Positions 62,466 through 64,000 of a stretch of 64,000 nt of DNA are shown here, piece after piece; within the stretch, counting starts at the first letter, position 1, and the number at the start of each line of letters is the position of its first letter. The stretch is from Candidatus Saccharimonadales bacterium (GTDB lineage Bacteria; Patescibacteriota; Saccharimonadia; Saccharimonadales; 2-12-FULL-41-12), in NCBI GenBank assembly GCA_025451045.1, contig JANWLD010000001.1, positions 69,812-133,811 of the forward strand, in the 5' to 3' direction. The translations under genes were made by a program, and so were the position numbers. A model generated the notes under the pieces. It made no database searches. It was not told where the DNA came from and saw only the letters and a program-made list of their open reading frames with translations.

Positions 62466-63593
62466 TCAATAATGTTTTTGATAGATGTCAAGAGTTTGTT
62501 GGGCCATTTTTGACCAAGAATATTTTTTGAGCCGGTTTTTGCCGTTTTCTTTGAGTTTTTCTTGCAGATTGGTGTCTAAAATAACTTTTTCTATGGCTTT
62601 TGCCATATCCTCCACGCTTTTTGGGTCAAAGTATTCGGCAGCATCGCCATAAATCTCGGGCAGACATGTGGCGTTACTCGAAACCAGCGGGCAGCTGTGG
62701 GCCATGGCTTCGAGCCCGGGCAGGCCGAAACCTTCGCTAAGTGACGGCAACACATAAGCAGACGCGTTTTCATACAGCCATTTGAGCTGGGCGTCGCTAA
62801 CAAAGCCCGGTGCGATTATCGAATCGCGCTCCGGGCTGGCGCTGACCCATCTGTCAAAGTCCTTTTTAAATTGGTCGCGCATCTTGCCCGGCAGTACCAG
62901 CTGAAGCCGGCTGTGGCGGCCTTTTACTATCTCGAAAGCTTTTATCAGCCGGTCAATGTTTTTGTGCGGGTATGGCGCGCCGACATGCAGTAAATAGCTT
63001 TGAGCTTTGAGCTTTGAGCTCTGAGCAAAGGCAGGCTCTTGGCTTTTAGTCTTCGTGGGCGGATCGGCGGCTTCGTATATCACAGCGGTCTTTTTCTTGG
63101 TGGATGCTTCGTGCTTAGCCAAATCGTCAGCTACAAACTGGCTTGGTACAATAATTTTCTTGGACTTCCTGTGTGAACACCAGAACAAAAACCTATAAAA
63201 AACCATGCCGATAGCATGCAGCCATGCCGGAAACCGGCTAGGCCGCGTATGCCGGAACATGGTTAAATCATGAGTCGTTGTGATTATATTGCCAAAATAA
63301 AATAGCGGCTGTTGAGTCATCGTAAAATGCACTAAATCCGGCCTTAACCTATAAAGCTGGCGCGCAAAACCGATTTGTTCAATGGGATTGAAAGAAAACT
63401 GTCGGAAACGACAGGGAACAGTCTTAAAATTTGGACTTTTCATCTGCCAATCGTCGTCTAGTTCTACCAAAACGGTATATTTGTTTGTTTTATCGATTTT
63501 CTGAAGGTTTTCAACCAACCGGTCAGTGTACCTGCCTGTGCTGGAACGTCTATTCCTACAGTCAATTACTATATGCTTCGGTTGGCCTGGCAT
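62466..63593 (-). CDS. Glycosyltransferase family 4 (GT-B fold)
   Basis: 375 aa. The PSLSEGFGLPGLEAMAHSCPLVSS EX7E-type motif. Confidence 0.85.
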   Translation of the reverse strand: MPGQPKHIVIDCRNRRSSTGRYTDRLVENLQKIDKTNKYTVLVELDDDWQMKSPNFKTVPCRFRQFSFNPIEQIGFARQLYRLRPDLVHFTMTQQPLFYFGNIITTTHDLTMFRHTRPSRFPAWLHAIGMVFYRFLFWCSHRKSKKIIVPSQFVADDLAKHEASTKKKTAVIYEAADPPTKTKSQEPAFAQSSKLKAQSYLLHVGAPYPHKNIDRLIKAFEIVKGRHSRLQLVLPGKMRDQFKKDFDRWVSASPERDSIIAPGFVSDAQLKWLYENASAYVLPSLSEGFGLPGLEAMAHSCPLVSSNATCLPEIYGDAAEYFDPKSVEDMAKAIEKVILDTNLQEKLKENGKNRLKKYSWSKMAQQTLDIYQKHY

Positions 63594-63610
63594 GCTTTAT
63601 AGTATAAGTC

Positions 63611-64000
63611 ATGGATAAAATCTGGCGGCTGCCATATTTGGCAACGGTATTTTTACTGGTTTATATGCCTTTCCATCTTTTCCTGAGCCAGTGGCTCAGC
63701 ACTTACACCGGGTATTTGGATTTTTGGAAAATAGCCAAGGATTTACTACTGTTTGCCGCGATTTTGCTGACCGCAGGGTTGGTTTATATAAGAAACAACT
63801 TCAAAGACCGCTTGTTTTGGCTGTTTTTTGCTTTTTCAACCCTATATTTCCTGCTTCACTTGTTGATTTGGCAAATGAACCCGGATACGGCAGATAAACC
63901 GGCGATACTGGCTACAGCCTACAATTGTCGGCTGCTGGGATACGCGATTTTGGGCTGGGGGACTAGCATAGTTGCTAAAAAGTACTTTACGCTTAAGCAA
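63611..64000 (+). CDS. Polytopic membrane protein, N-terminal 130 aa (partial; possibly O-antigen ligase/polymerase-like)
   Basis: Not in the track because there is no stop inside the window. The ATG at 63611 gives MDKIWRLPYLATVFLLVYMPFHLFLSQWLSTYTGYLDFWKIAKDLLLFAAILLTAGLVYI... with at least 4 hydrophobic helices. The functional guess rests only on topology and the divergent GT4 neighbour. Confidence 0.45.
   Translation, partial: MDKIWRLPYLATVFLLVYMPFHLFLSQWLSTYTGYLDFWKIAKDLLLFAAILLTAGLVYIRNNFKDRLFWLFFAFSTLYFLLHLLIWQMNPDTADKPAILATAYNCRLLGYAILGWGTSIVAKKYFTLKQ

Noticed and set aside
62996-63026. Heptanucleotide tandem repeat (agctttg x3, then agctctg) inside the GT4 glycosyltransferase gene, considered as a phase-variation switch.
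   Set aside because: Only 3-4 copies is too short for efficient slipped-strand mispairing. The reading frame is intact and simply encodes SSKLKAQS. I noted it but do not claim a contingency locus.
1-64000. CRISPR arrays, rRNA genes, transposases or IS elements, a diversity-generating retroelement (RT plus TR/VR) and alternative genetic code (UGA recoding).
   Set aside because: I saw no regularly spaced direct repeats, no rRNA-like conserved strings, and no transposase or RT motifs in any listed ORF. Long conserved genes read through with the standard code, and TGA is used as a genuine stop (for example at 43533-43535).

Overview
The window looks like a small-genome, monoderm-type bacterial chromosome. 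A Patescibacteria/CPR, Saccharibacteria-like origin is my inference from gene content, not a database result. It spans the replication origin, with recF-dnaN-dnaA on the minus strand diverging from rpmH-rnpA-yidC-jag on the plus strand and DnaA boxes between them. About half the window is housekeeping: argH/argG, argC, folK/folP, trpA/trpB, groES/groEL with a CIRCE operator, a Mur ligase, tsaD, valS, aroB, lepB, comFC, hsp20, a sirtuin, three tRNA-Ser and one tRNA-Arg. The standout is a roughly 17.5 kb type IV secretion-like locus at 34282-51773. It has nine tandem VirB2/TrbC-like pilin paralogs on the minus strand. These diverge from a plus-strand operon encoding a Cys-rich secreted protein, a VirB6/TrbL-like polytopic protein, a PrgI/VirB3-like protein, a VirB4 N-domain-like protein, a VirB4 ATPase, two very large proteins carrying four peptidoglycan-hydrolase modules between them, and a PD40-like protein. 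No relaxase, coupling protein or integrase is visible in the window. Secondary observations:
- a TrpR/YerC-like HTH fused to TrpB, with an E. coli-trp-operator-like ACTAG-N3-ACTAG site just upstream of its start codon
- tRNA-Ser 3'-end duplications
- a perfect 35-bp inverted repeat bracketing a truncated GIY-YIG gene
- a structured roughly 170-nt leader before a DMT transporter
- an XRE-HAD fusion
- large orphan surface or secreted proteins
No CRISPR array, rRNA, transposase or integrase was seen. All functional calls come from motifs read by eye in the supplied translations. No searches were run.
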